Shown in pieces: positions 1 to 13,528 of a stretch of 64,000 nucleotides of DNA. Source of the DNA: Podarcis melisellensis (lineage: Eukaryota); the NCBI GenBank assembly GCA_964234715.1, contig OZ174292.1; one strand, 5' to 3'. Each line of letters starts with the position of its first letter. Positions within the stretch are counted from its first letter, which is position 1. The position numbers and the translations under genes were made by a program. The notes under the pieces are model-generated. The model did not search any database. It had not been told where the DNA came from and saw only the letters and a program-made list of their open reading frames with translations.

Positions 1-1737
1 TAACTAAAGGTTTCCTGCCTGAAGATCTGTAATTCCTTCCTGGGTGGGGGTGTGGGGGAGGGAGGGATTAATGATGAATAGCTTCTTAATTTTGCCAGTG
101 CTTGTTCATGTTAATTACTGGTGTCCTCTTACTTCTTTCAAATCGCAAAATAATACTGTTGTGCTATAAACAACTGAGAGAAAAATGAGAAGAAACAAGT
201 GATCAAAGATCGTCTCCTCTGTGGATACAGAAACTGACACCGAGGTAATTAAGAAAGGCTATTCATCACTAATTTCCTTGCAGCAACCAACAAGAAGCAT
301 TAAAAAGTGTATGGACTGAGAATAAAGAAAATGTTTAAGCACAAGGACCATTTGAGGCCTCGATAGTCTTTTATGTGTTCACACACAGGACAGGATAGAG
401 CTGCAATTGTGCTTTATTGAAAAATACTAATGATAAAAAGTCACAAAACATGCAGCAGGACAACACAGGAAACAATGAACTATGGCAATGTGACCATGAA
501 ACAATCTGTGTTCTCCATGAAAAGTGACTGAACAATGCATGGCAATTCCAGAGGCAAGGAGTTTAGCTTTAAGGGCAAAATCTAATCTAAGGCTAATTCT
601 GCCTACAGAGACAACCCTGAAGTCACTGTGTTTCCCGATACTTCATTGTTATGGATAAATGTATCACCGCTGCAAAGCTGGAACACCTGCATTGATAATA
701 TTCGTATAGGCATTCCATGAGCACAGTATTAACGTGCACAACTTAAAACAGGGAGTTCTCTTAGAAGCTTTAAAAAATCTAAAGTATCAGAAACTTCAGA
801 GTCGCTGCATGAAGAGTAGCTCACTTTGGAGATGTTTTCTGTCCCCTCATGAGTTACTATTGGAAGCAATTCTGAAAGATATATGAAGGGCTTCAGCTCT
901 CGATCAGAAACAATTTTCATTTTCCAGTCAATGCATATCTTATTTCTTCCACCATTAATTCTACAATGTGGTCTCAATTGTATCTGTAAAAAATGGAAAA
1001 GAACCCATCCTGCCCCAAATGTTTCTGAATTTAATAAATGTCCTTTATCAAACTATTATACAGATTAATGCACCACAACTTGCACGATGATTAAAATGAC
1101 CCTTTGTTATGGAAAGCAGCAGCAGCAGCAGCAGCACAGACCCAAAGAACTTAATGGCGAGAAAGGTCAAAGTCAACTACAGAATTCAGACTGGAATCTG
1201 TTAATTTTGCTGAAATGGACTGTGTAGTTTTGCAAGTTAAAATTGGTCTTGGTCCTGTTACTGGACTGTTGAATTTTTAATTGTTCTGCTGTATTTGATG
1301 GCAACTGAAACTGAGTTTAGCTGCTTTTTGCCTCTCTAGACAACTCCAGGTCATTAAAAAGAAGAAACCACATTACAGCAAGCAGTCTGCACATACTGAA
1401 TGTTGTTAATACAAGCAAAACACAGCCGAAAGTCATGGAGTTGGCTTGTGGCTTAACAGAAATACAGAGACCTCCCATTCTTCATAACAATGACCAATGG
1501 GTTCTATTGAGTCCTGAGGAAATCTGTGTAGACATTGTGCCTGAAATGAGACTAGACTATATTTTTGTTAGGGTCATTTAAAGAGAGTAAGCTCTTTAGG
1601 GTTTTGCTGTTGTTGTTGTTTGTGAAGAAAATGGAAATTGGTGTTACTATGAATTTCTATTTGAAGAGTAGAGTGGAGGACAATCAGTTAACAGGATGGT
1701 TCCTCCAGTTGGGGGAGTATATAGGTAAGGTATAGGC

Positions 1738-1873
1738 CAGGCAACTCCAAACACGGCCCTCCAGATGGTTTGAGACTACAATTCACAGCATCCTTGACCA
1801 CTGGTCCTATTAGCTAGGGATGATGGGAGTTGTAGTCCCAAGACATCTGAAGGGCCAAGTTTGAGGATGCCTG
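1738..1873. mobile_element. Short hairpin hAT-type MITE; relatives at 9905-10043, 35414-35549, 62071-62207
   Basis: Fold-back structure with gactacaactcccatcatccct core; perfect 8-bp TSD gtataggc. Confidence 0.82.
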
Positions 1874-2429
1874 GTATAGGCTTTGAAGACTATTGCCTCC
1901 TCTTCCACAGAGAGGGCCATGGCGCTCTACAGATCATACTGACGTCACTAAGGAAACCCCCTCAATCCCTCATACGAGCGAAGTCTATAAACCATGCTCG
2001 ATACAAAAAAATGATGCCACAAGGACAGGGACACAAGAAGATACTGTATTATAATACAGAACAGGAATACCTCACACATGATAATGAATTTTCAGATAAC
2101 TGAGATGACCTGAGTAGGAATTTCTTAATTTTTATTTTTTAAATTTCTATATCGCCCTATACCTGAAGGTCTCAGGGTGGTTCACGTAAAATATCAAATA
2201 CATAAAATCCAAACAAAACCAACAACCCAATTAAAAAAACTCCCAAAGAGCCAGCATTTTAAAAAGGGTATAGGATGTACAGAAGATCAAGTCAGGCAAA
2301 GGCTGATTGAAAAGGAACATTTTTGCCTGGCGCCTAACGGTGTATAGTGAAGGTGCCAGGCAGACTTCCCTGGGGAGAGCATTTCACAGATCGGGCTTTC
2401 ATCCTGTAGTTATAAGGGGATGTTGTGAA

Positions 2430-2780
2430 TCCCCTGGGAATTTATATAGGATGGGCTGGATAAACCTGGCTCAAATGTCTATATAATACTGGCAATGAAG
2501 AAGGGCATGTTCTGTTGTTTCCTGCTGCCCAGAGCCACATGGGCATTTCCTCTCCTCGTATGGTATCTTCCTATAGCGGCCTTCTTGAATTGCTGAAGGG
2601 AGAGCCTGACAGTGGGCCAAGGTAAAAGCCCTTTGAACAGCACCCATTGGAGTAAGGAAGGGAATTCTGTGACTACTAAGTTTTAAGTACCGTATCCACC
2701 CCAAAAAGAGTTTGCAGTCGAACCTGCAACAGGAGACTTGTCCAGTGTTGTATGTAGCATTTTTCATTTTGAGAAAGTAA
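2430..2780 (-). mobile_element. Non-LTR retrotransposon ORF2 C-terminal Cys/His knuckle fragment (RTE-X-like)
   Basis: RAFTLAHCQALPSA..EGRYRKIPYEERKCPCG....ETTEHALLHC. Confidence 0.65.
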
Positions 2781-2986
2781 TAATAAATAAGTAAGTAAGT
2801 AAGTAAATAAAAGTAAAAATGTATACCCCACCCCCGAGACCATTCCATTGTAACTATCCAACCTCCCAAAATTTCAACACCTCTTGTGATGGTTTGCCCC
2901 CTTTCCATTTCAACAGCACAAATTCTATAAATACCTCCCACATCTCCTCAAAATCATTTTTCCTGCATATTCCGTCTTACTTTAAT

Positions 2987-3343
2987 AAAGGTAAAGGTAA
3001 AGGGACGCCTGACCATTAGGTCCAGTCGTGGCCGACTCTGGGGTTGCGGCGCTCGTCTCGCTTTATTGGCCAAGGGAGCTGGCATACAGCTTCCAGGTCA
3101 TGTGGCCAGCATGACTAAGCCACTTCTGGCGAACCAGAGCAGCGCACGGAAACGCTGTTTACCTTCCCGCCGGAGCGGTACCTATTTATCTACTTGCACT
3201 TTGATGTGCTTTCGAAATGCTAGGTTGGCAGGAGCAGGGACTGAGCAACAGGAGCTCACCCCGTTACAGGAATTTGAACTGCCGACCTTCTGATCGACAA
3301 GTCTTAGGCTCTGTGGTTTACCCCACAGCACTACCTGCATCCC
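2987..3343 (-). mobile_element. Sauria SINE
   Basis: (ACCTTT)n tail, BovB-like 3' end, tRNA-derived head; near-perfect TSD tcttac(t/c)ttaat. Confidence 0.88.
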
Positions 3344-4806
3344 ATCTTACCTTAATAGCACATGTTAATTTATCATTAATAGCTATGTGCCACACCTATG
3401 GCTTCTCCTCAGAGCTTAGAAATCTTTCACCTTTTACTAAGCCCTCTAGCTGTGCACAGGATTAAATTCCACTTCGATCACAGCTGGGGAGGAAACAGCT
3501 TCCCTGCCTGCTGTGGCCAGACAACACTCCACTCTCCACCTAATTCATTAAGGAAAAACCGAAGATGTAGCTACATATTATATACATTAAGAGGGATGTG
3601 TAGGTTGGTCCTCGGGAACTTCAGCATTGATAATGCAAACTCTACTAGGCAGATTAAGCTCTCTATGCCAAACTAACAAGTACCACTGTCAACAGAAAGG
3701 GGCCAGTATCTGCTGAAGACCTTTCTTTCCACTTTCTGACCCACACTCCCTGCATCTGAATGTGCTGAATTCATATGAACGCTCAAGCATGATATGCAAA
3801 TTCATCACAGGGAATTCATCCAAGGTTACTTTGCAAGTAGTTTAGTGTTGTTGATGTCTACCATTCGCACAGATGTCCTTTCATCTTAGGTCTGAGAGCA
3901 TGTAAAAATGCAATCCAAGAATCATAATTGGTTGTTCCCAAAATAACTGGGGATTTCCAAATTCAGTTGTGCCCACCTGAATTTGAGTCTGAAGGTGTGT
4001 TATATAAAGTACTTCCGCACACATCTTCAGACAAGATTGCAATTTTCAAGTATAGAGTTTACTCATCTCTCTATTAACTAATACACTGAACGCGAAGGTT
4101 TTATTTTTTTAAAAAAATAAAAATAAAAAATTCAATCATTTCAAAATGCCATATGTGTCAAAATAATGGGATGTTTTGAAATTAATGGAGTAATTTGCCC
4201 ACAAGCAAGATAGAAACTGACAGGTAAATATATGTTAATTAACAGCCCAGTTATTACAGTGCTATTCGGTGAATATGTAAGGTGTTTCTCTCATTGTGCC
4301 TAATCTTGGAGCGTAGAGGAAAACGAGCCTGAGACAGACATATACCAGCACAGGAGAATCAAGTAAAGAGAACTGAGAGGTAGGTCAAATGTTAAACTGC
4401 AGAGCAAATTGCAACTTAGCATGTGATTCAGCTTTGGCAAACACCCCATTAAACGAACCAGACCTTTATTGGAGTTCATATCAATGATGATTAAGTTTTT
4501 GCTGACAACTCATTTCACCTACTGCATTACGTCTTATAATCGGCAAGGAATAAAATATTAATGCCAACAAAGATCAGACAGTGTGTGTGCATCATTGCAA
4601 CTTAATGTCTTTTAATTTAAGTAATTAGCTTTTTGTTTCTGTCCCCAGAGGCAACAGAACTCCAATACAAAATGAGAAGATTTTAATTTTTTTTTAAAAA
4701 AGTCAAATTTGCTGACATGGGTACATTAATTGGACACAAGCATTAAGGCTGCTTCTATCACAAACAATTTTACAGGGGGAAAAGAGCTAAAATAAGCACA
4801 CGGTAC

Positions 4807-4900
4807 CTCGTCTAATTCCATTTCGTCTGGGCTCTCTCGTGGTTTCATGAATTTTCCATCAGACTTCTTTATCAAAGGCACAATTACTATATAGTAACCT
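4807..4900 (-). CDS. PTPRD: PTPRD exon, membrane-proximal region ([31 protein letters not shown]), 94 nt
   Basis: Translation; acceptor ttgcag|A, donor GAG|gtaccg; phase 2/0 fits the upstream exon. Confidence 0.93.
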
Positions 4901-5826
4901 CTGCAAAGAAAACAAAACATAAGATGAGGCCTGCATAAAGGGAACAGTGTGTTTTTATTGCTTCAGTTACATGATGCTCCCATGTGGAGTAATCTGTAAA
5001 AAAACACCCTCTTTACTCTCCAGTAGAACCACCTCTTTGCATATCTTGGGCATGAAAACTTCTCATAATCTGAAATGAATCAATATAACGTGCAGATTGC
5101 CAGCATAAAGTTAATTCACAATTCGATGGGTTCAATTCCTCTAACAGAAGGGAAGAAGGGTTTTTTAAACCAATTCCCTTGAGAAATAGAGGACATTCTG
5201 AAGCATTGTAAGAAAGAGTTGACTGGTTAAATTGCCTCCCCTCCTCCCTCAAGGAGACAGTAGTCAGTTAGAGCTTCTACCAGAAGAAGTAATTTCGTTT
5301 GTGGAAAGGTGGGTCTGGATCCAACCATACACATCCAAATATCAAATTAATATACCCAAAATATCTAATTGACACTCTTAAATATTATGAATGTAGCCAA
5401 ATAAATGAGATTCCAGTAAAAAGAAAAAGGGAACGTCTCCAGGTCAGTTTTTTCCTGATGCTTACTTTTTAAAGTATCAAGGCTGCAATCTTATACCCAC
5501 TTATCCAGGAGTAAGCCTCACCAAAAACATTGGGGTTTACTTCCGAGAAGACACACATAGGATTGAACTGTGAGTGTTGCCACTGAATTTTTCAAACAAA
5601 TCAAATCTGGAGGCAAAAGGGCTTTGATAGAATTGAAAGGGGTTCTGCAAATTTGTATTTTGTTCTCATGTGTTCACTACATAGAGAGTGGTATAGAATA
5701 AAATAAATAAATACCCATAGTGGCCTGGAAGAATCCTACATCACCATGTACCATGACTTCGAGGGGTATTCTGGGGAGAAATGGGGTCCTCCACTGGTGT
5801 CCTCAATTTTAACTGTGGCTGCCAGC

Positions 5827-6248
5827 CAGGGCCGGATTTAGGTTTGATGAGGCCCTGAGCTATTGAAGGTAATGGGGCCCTTTATATGTCCAGCTGTCCT
5901 TTATCAACAACAAATTGTCACTTTTTTGTGTTGAATATATGCTATATGGTAATTTATGGACCTAATAGGTATCTAAAGCCAATTGCACGTGCAGAATGTA
6001 GGCACCCTATATATAGAAATGAGCAAACCAGTGATATTTTAGGGAGTAGGCTAGAAGGCAGGCCCATGACTTACATCATAGGAGCCTACACAACACAAAA
6101 CACTGCTGCTGTATGTACGTTTTATTTTTTTATCTTATATTTTGGAAATGTACATCCAGGTTTTTTCCCCTTTAATTTTTTTTGGGACTCCTAAGAGAGT
6201 GGGGCCCTAAGCTATAGCTTGTTTAGCTTATACGTAAATCTGGCACTG
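5827..6248. mobile_element. hAT-type MITE; second copy at 58921-59352
   Basis: TIR CAGGGCCGGATTTA; perfect 8-bp TSDs ctgccagc and tggcaaat. Confidence 0.85.
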
Positions 6249-7549
6249 CTGCCAGCAATGACCAGCATTTTACTCCAGAATGCTCCCCAGAGCCACAATA
6301 CATCACGTTACAGCCTCATTCTGGAACATTATAGGACTTTAAACAGTGGGTGGAAGCACAGAAGAGCACTCCTGACTTTCACACTCCCATCCTCCTCCTC
6401 AATCTTTGAACGACCCAGTAAAGTAAGAAAGAAAAAGTGGCCTGAAAATACAGCCATTTTACTGCAGGCTATATTATGAACCTATTTTGTCCAAAGTAAA
6501 AAGGAACAAGGTTTTAAGAAACAATGTTAAGCTATTGACAAGCCATCTGTAATAGCGAATGGCTTGCCGTTTTTGTCAAATGCAGGCATCACAAATGTTT
6601 ACATGTAGGTGGAACACATTATATGCATACTTGTACGAGAAAAACGGAGGTGTCCAGGGTTCAGTAGACTATGTCTTCAGGGCAATGCACTACTTTAAAA
6701 AGCAGCTTGAAGAAGAAAAACCAGTTTGGATATGCTTTGATATGCACTTTAATAGCTTTCTCCTTCTAAAAAGTATCTTATATCCGTTATCTTTCTTCAC
6801 TCCATATCAGCAGTTAACGAAGGTGCATGAGAACGATCGTTTCTTGGCAATGACTTGCTACAACCTGTTTTCAAACACCGCAGCAATTCACCTAATGGAA
6901 CCGAAGCACTTGCAAAATCAATACACATAGGTAGCCAGGTCAGATTACGAAACTTTATCATTTTTCATCCTAGAAGTCATTAAGATTGCTTGCAACCTCT
7001 GCTCAAGCATTCCATACAGAGTAGACAAAGTTGTAAGTGCAGGTTTAAATTACACATAAAAAGAACCCATGATGGCTTCTTAAGAGAAGTTTGGGAATTT
7101 AGTATACATTCTAGCTATTTGCCTCCTTTATCCTAAAACTCAGTTCAGAAAATGTCTCCTGGATCATGCAAAGATCTGCCCTCATAATGTGGCCAATAAA
7201 TATTGCAAAGTGCTGACTTGACTGTTTCATGTTCTCAGTAATGCCATTTTCAATTAGGTAAGAAAATTGGGACTTGAAAACTAAAAGGAACACACTGAAA
7301 ATAAAGCAGTACACACACTGATTTGGCTCTAGCCAAAATATCAACAAGTTAATAGATCTGACATTTACCATAGCTCTGATGTTCATATGCAAAGTCTACT
7401 ACTAAGTGCAAACGTTTCCTCATCTGAAATTAGTTAGCTGCTTTCTACAGTGATTCAAATAGTTGCCATTGCAACTATCTTGTTTCTGCTTTCCAGTTTT
7501 CCCAAATTCAAAACTAGAGGGGAAAGTTCATATATCTGTTGTCCTACAA

Positions 7550-7799
7550 GAGAGCCAGTGTGGTGTAGTGGTTAAGAGCGGTAGTCTCGTAATCTGGGGA
7601 ACCGGGTTCGCGTCTCTGCTCCTCCACATGCAGCTGCTGGGTGACCTTGGGCTAGTCACACTTCTTTGAAGTCTCTCAGCCCCACTCACCTCCCAGATTG
7701 TTTGTTGTGGGGGAGGAAGGGAAAGGAGAATGTTAGCCGCTTTGAGACTCCTTAAAGGGAGAGAAAGGCGGGATATCAAATCCAAACTCTTCTTCTTCT
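7550..7799 (+). mobile_element. tRNA-derived SINE (Squam3-like) with (CTT)n tail; 3' fragment also at ~15708-15780
   Basis: A box TGGTGTAGTGG, B-box-like GGTTCGCGTCT, CORE-like gggtgaccttgggctagtcac, microsatellite tail. Confidence 0.8.
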
Positions 7800-7864
7800 A
7801 CTACATTTGATATGGAGATACAATGTTGTTGAGGCCTTGCAGATACAATGGTCTGGATTCAGAA

Positions 7865-8288
7865 GGCCTGATGATCGTCTTCCAAAGCAACTACTCTATT
7901 CCGAACTTAAAAATGGAAAGCGTAATGCTGGTGGTCAATAAAAGAGGTTCAAAGACTGTCTCAAGGCAAATCTTTAAAAATGTAGTATAAACACCGGAAA
8001 CTGGGAAACACTGGCCTGTGAGCGCTCCAGCTGGAGAACAGCCTTTACCAAAGGTGTCATGGGCTTTAAAGACACTCAAACTCAGGACGCAAGGGAGAAA
8101 CATGCTAAGAGGAAGGCACGCTTGGCAAATCCACACCTTGATCAACTCCTGCCGGGAAACCAATGTCCCCATTGTGAAAGGACGTGTGGATCCAGAACTG
8201 GCCTCCACAGTCACTTACGGACTCATGGTTAAAACGATGTTTATGGAAGACCATCTTACTCGGCTATGAGGGATCACCAAAGAAGAAG
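7865..8288 (+). mobile_element. RTE-clade LINE, 3' fragment
   Basis: Decayed frame DDRLPKQLLYSEL..G.R..GG..KRFKD...CPHCERTCGSRTGLHSHLRTH; (GAA)n tail. Confidence 0.8.
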
Positions 8289-8477
8289 GTTCACAGCATA
8301 GCTTTAGCCAATTAATCTCCTCTCAAGCTCACTCCTCTACTATAACAATTGAACAATGCACTAGCAGAAGTGCCAGATTGGCTCCGTGAGTCTATTCATG
8401 AAGTCCCAAGCTTACTACCTCCCTGACCCATCCAGGTAAATTGCAATGCTGCAGCAGTTCTGCCCCACTGTGAATTA

Positions 8478-8703
8478 CAGTGGCACCTCGGGTTAAGTAC
8501 TTCATTCATTCCAGAGGTCCGTACTTAACCTGAAACTGCTCTTAACCTGAAGCACCAGTTTAGCTAATGGGGCCTCCTGCTGCTGCTGCGCTGCTGGAGC
8601 ATGATTTCTGTTCTCATCCTGAAGCAAAGTTCTTAACCTGAAGCACTATTTCTGGGTTAGCGGAGTCTGTGACCTGAAGCGTATGTAACCCGAGGTACCA
8701 CTG
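8478..8703. mobile_element. Tc1/mariner-type MITE; same family at 28175-28411, 52502-52743, 58692-58910; relatives at 9415-9662, 33481-33717, 48195-48419
   Basis: TIR CAGTGGTACCTCGG...CCGAGGTACCACTG with TA target duplication; copies mutually similar. Confidence 0.85.
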
Positions 8704-11700
8704 TACTCTTGCAAATCACCCCCACATCCATACTTTTCACAGACTGTTAGTCAAAGAAGGAAATCAGGCAGGGGTAAAGGAAGGAAGGAAGGAAGAAAAA
8801 GGTTTAATACAACTTTAAAGAGAGTGCAGAAAGCTGTTGTGTGTAGACCGTTAAGATGGATGCATATTGCCGACTTAAATCCCTAAAGAAATTACTTGGC
8901 ATTACATCCACTTGTGCAGCCCGCCGAAGGATATTAATTCTATTTACAGAAACTGTTTTGCGCGCTGGTAATAGTATCTATTGTCCACCTGTGAAACAAA
9001 CCTATTGTGCCAAATGTTATTTTTTAAAACAAACTCCCTTAACATAACTGGAGACCCTTAGAGCATTCAGTAACACCGGTAGCTCATTCTAGTTAGACAA
9101 AGGCATGTTCAGTTCACTGCCGTAAATCAAAATGTGACCCCATTCCTTTAAAAAAAAAAAAAGGGTAAAAATGGGAAAGGTCAATTTCCTAAACAAAATT
9201 AAAAAGAAGCATCTGTAGTTGAACACACACACAAGAGGTCATTTTAAAAAGTCTAACTGAATTCCTCCTTAACTTCTATATTTGGTCAGCATTCAGCAAA
9301 CCTAAGGAGCAGGCAAAGAGCTCTTTTATTTCTGATCTGAGTGTGTGTGTGTGTGAAACAGAAAAAGGGTAGTGAGTTCTGTGTGCCTGCACATCTGGTA
9401 TAAGTATGCATGTACAGTGGTGCCTTGGTTGACAAAATCCATTCCTGAAGTCCGTTCTTAAACCAAAGTCTTTTTAAACCAAGGCGTGCTTTCCCATAGC
9501 AATGGGGGACTCAATTTACAAATGAAACACACTCAACAGGAAGTGGAACATGTTCTTATTCCAAGGTGAAATTCACAAACCAAAACACCTACTTCCGGGT
9601 TTGCAGCACTCTTAATCCAAGTTGTTCATAAACTAAGCTGTTCTTAAACCCAGGTACCACTGTACATGCAAGAATGTGCATATGTGGTGAATGTGCGTGC
9701 ACATACACATTGATTGTATATGTATATGTGGCATGTGGTCCTCAGTTTGGTGGCTGACTGTCAATGCAGCCCTCAGTCAGCCCTGGCTTAGGGAATAACC
9801 AGAAATCCACCCTTCATAGTCATGATCATGACTTTAGGAGGCCAAATAACCCAAGAAGAAATCGTTAAAAGGAACTTGGCCCCAATTTTGGGGAGCATGT
9901 AAAGCAGCGGTTCTCAACCTGTGGGTCCCCAGATGTTGTTGGACTACAACTCCCATCATCCCTGAGCTCTGGCCTTGCTAGCTAGGGGTGATGGGAGTTG
10001 TAGTTCAACAAAATCTGGGGATCCAACAGGTTGAGTAAGGCTGTTTTTAAAGCAAGGTGAATGTATTATGTCTCAATTACCTTATTGTTCATTTCTCATT
10101 GCCACTCTGACATTCATCATCAGAGCTTTGTCTAAAGAAAATTCCTTCTAACGAGAAATAAGTACTGTGTATAAGACGCCCCCATGTATAAGATGCCCTC
10201 TATTTTGGGGGACTCAAATTTAAATAAATGGGGGGAGCTGGCCCAAAGTTGTTGAGCTTTTGGGGGGAGGGGAATGCAGAAAATCACTAACCCAAATGGA
10301 AAATGCTGACAATAGCTCGCGTAGCAGAAGCCAACAATGGCCAGCAATCGCACGCCCAATTGCCGCAACAGCAGCCAATCGAAAGCAGCCCTTGACACAG
10401 CCACCAATCACCCACCAAATCACTCGCAGCTGCAACCAATCACCCATTCCTCCCATGCACTTTCCATCTATAAGATGAGGTCTGGTTTTTAACACTATTT
10501 TAGAGTAAAAAAACCTCGTCTTATACATGGAAAAGTACAGTACCTCTGATCTTCCACTCATCACATACACACAGCCAGCAGCAGAATGACAAATGGGTGA
10601 CAAATGTATTGCTGCTGGATGTACAGACAAGCTCCTGTGTGTAGAAAGATATGATCATCATTCTAGAAATATGGTAGTCAAGTACTTATGGCAACCTGGT
10701 TAAAAAATAAATCCTTAGAGTTCAGCTTTAAGGGTTGACCATGAATACGGGCAAGCTGACTCCAGAGTGCCATCGAAGGTATGGATGCTAGGCCTAACAA
10801 GCTATCTTTTCTGTGGCTGACCCAGAGAGAATGGCAATGCATCTGTGAGATATTCTGAAAACTGAGTGCTTGAAACAAAACAAGAGTAGACATTAACTAG
10901 CAGTCTGTCAGAAATAGGACTCTGGTCGTATAATTCGATATCGAAATGTATTATTGAAAGTGTATTACTTGACTGATACATTGACTGAATTATTGACTAG
11001 CCAATCATCTGTGCCAATGAATTTTCGACTTTTTAAAATCTATACTAAAGTTTGTACTTTCAATAATGTGGTAGATCAGAATCTGATGTAGATCTTTCTG
11101 GCCACAAATGGGAAGTTAACAGCAATTCCTGGCAGCTCAGCTCCACCAAGGTGACTAATTATAAATTTCACACCGTTATCATGAAAAGTGACTGCAGTTG
11201 TGATATGACAAGAAGCCTGGGAACATTTTTAAAGTCCAGTCAGGACTATGATCAGTCTTACACATTAACCTTGAAATCAACATCCAAGCGTTAACTGTTG
11301 AATTTTGTGTTTGTGCATGCAGCTGTGGTAAGATTTGTGTGTGAATGACAATGCTGTAATTTGTGCAAACTAATGCAAAACAAAAAGTTTAATTACAAAC
11401 AACGTACACAATATAGAAGGAAATTAGACTGTTGCAACTTAAATTTAATTCTTACACATTCAGATTGTAGGAGTCCCTCTTAAGAAACCTAGGTTATTTT
11501 GAAATCCTTATTTACTGATGAATAGCTTTTGGACTATAATGTAACTTAAATAGAAAACGATATTTAGAAAGATTTTTCTCCAAAAGCATTTTATTTTAAA
11601 AATCCAATTTAAATAATAATAAAAAATCCTTTAAAAAAATAATTGATTTTTATCCACCCTGGCTCCTTAATTATATTTCTATAATTAAGTTTCTGCCTTT

Positions 11701-13268
11701 AAAATCATAATAAAGGAACTGAAGCCCAGGTCCATCCTCTCTGGATCTTTCGGCCTATGTCAAATGTCATCTTTTCCCTCCCTGCTTTCACCCTGCAACA
11801 AAAGAGATGCTAGGACTCAAGTCTGCCCAGAGTCAGGACAGATAACCGTGCATTTGCCATTAACCAACATAGCTTCCTGAGAGCTCACCTTTAGAACAAG
11901 CTGAGTTTTCTCAGTGGTAATAGATGTTCAGACGCATTTCTTATTTATCACCTTAGATATTGTGGCTAATCCCTCGTGAGCCACAGCACAAATTCAGTCC
12001 TGCTTCCAACATTTCCACAACTTATGAAAAAGGTTATTGTCTTCTCCACAGATGTTAGCAACTCCTGGTTCCTGTTATACCCTGGCCCTTTCTAGTAATT
12101 ACTTTTCTCCATAAATCATTCCGATGCTTTCTGTCTTCAGGCTTCCTTTTCTATACTTTTCTACAAACTTTATCTTTACTTAGTTTAATAGCAATGGCTT
12201 CATTTCCCACACTTTAATCCTGTTAACACTCCTATGTAATATAATTTCATATTGTCTCATTCTGAATTCCTCAATTAGCAATAAAGAGAGGGTCTTCCAT
12301 TTACAAAGCTCATGGTATAAAATGTCAGCTAAGAAAATCCAGGTTGTATCTCCAACAATATTTAACAACCTGCTCATTTTCCTTCCCATTTCCTTCGTCA
12401 CACACATAGGAGTCTTATAGGAAGCAAGAATCACTGCAAACAGAGCAATAACACTTATTGATTGTACTGTGTTTCACGCTTTCCTGGCAACTCTTTATTG
12501 TCCATCGTTTTGAATCCCTATTGGCGCTTTGCTGTCAGGTCTTTAGTACTATCTTTGTTGTTTAATCTGCACAGAAGCATTTAAGAAGCCTTGTAAACCA
12601 TGTTCCAGCACTGTGAACAGAACATATAGCTGCCAAATTCATTTATTATGGGATCACTTTTTAGAGTTAAATCACAACGTGCTATTTTTGGAAATAAAAA
12701 TATCTGTTTTCTAAGCAATGTCTGTGATAAAAACATTTAAAAGGGAAGACAAAGTAAACCGCCATTGCCCTATTAATTTGTACATGATGGAACTGGACTG
12801 CTAAACATAACTGACCCATCTTATGGTTTTGTCTTGCAGTGTTTTAGCCAACCAAAGTTCTACAGTTTATGTCTTTACCAGGACTAGAGCCACTTTGAGC
12901 AGTTCAAGAAATGTGCAAAGGAAGTGCTCGTCTTCTTTTATACTTCTGCTGTAGCCCACTCAGTACATACATCTCCCTTCAGAGGATTGGGGGAACCCCC
13001 AGAACAGATGGATATGTGTGAGTGCAGAGGGTGAGGACAGGGAGAAGAAGTCCCATTGCACAGGTGGGAGACCCTCCAGTTAATGGGATGAATTTCTTGG
13101 ATACAAAGAAGAAAGGCAGAATACGAATGTTATAAATAAATGTAAAATTCTGATACATGTTTTGACCTAAAACATGCAGTTCAAGGCTGCAACTACAGCA
13201 GCTCATGGTTTTAATGCAGAAAATCCAGTAAATAATAAAGTACGAATGACTTTTGACGTTTAACTCAC

Positions 13269-13528
13269 TTTATAGTTTTGTTTGCAGGAACATCTGGTAG
13301 CTTCACTGTTACCATTCCATCGACATTGGTCTTATCAATGAACAGCGGTTGGGTTCGCAGTACATCTGGTGCTGTTTTTGCTGTTACCCTGTGCTGAAGA
13401 CCTCCAGCGCTATTGCCTCTATTGGTCAGTACAAATGAATATGATGTCTCAGGTTTCAGGTTGGTGATAAGTTTCTGAGTGGCTCGGCCATCTACCTCAA
13501 CTGCCATTTTCCCATCATCGTACAGGAT
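13269..13528 (-). CDS. PTPRD: PTPRD exon, FN3 repeat 8 second part and linker ([19 protein letters not shown]...PANKTIK), 260 nt
   Basis: Translation; acceptor ttttag|ATC, donor ATAAA|gtgagt. Confidence 0.96.

Noticed and set aside
729-977. Minus-strand ORF containing RELKPFI, resembling ELKPYI of the next PTPRD exon
   Set aside because: No other similarity (no LLKEISRKRR, no FTLGD); the real exon appears to lie left of the window
3988-4031. 13-bp inverted repeat starting TCTGAAGG, superficially hammerhead-like
   Set aside because: Lacks the complete CUGANGA...GAAA...UH core; probably a decayed hairpin repeat
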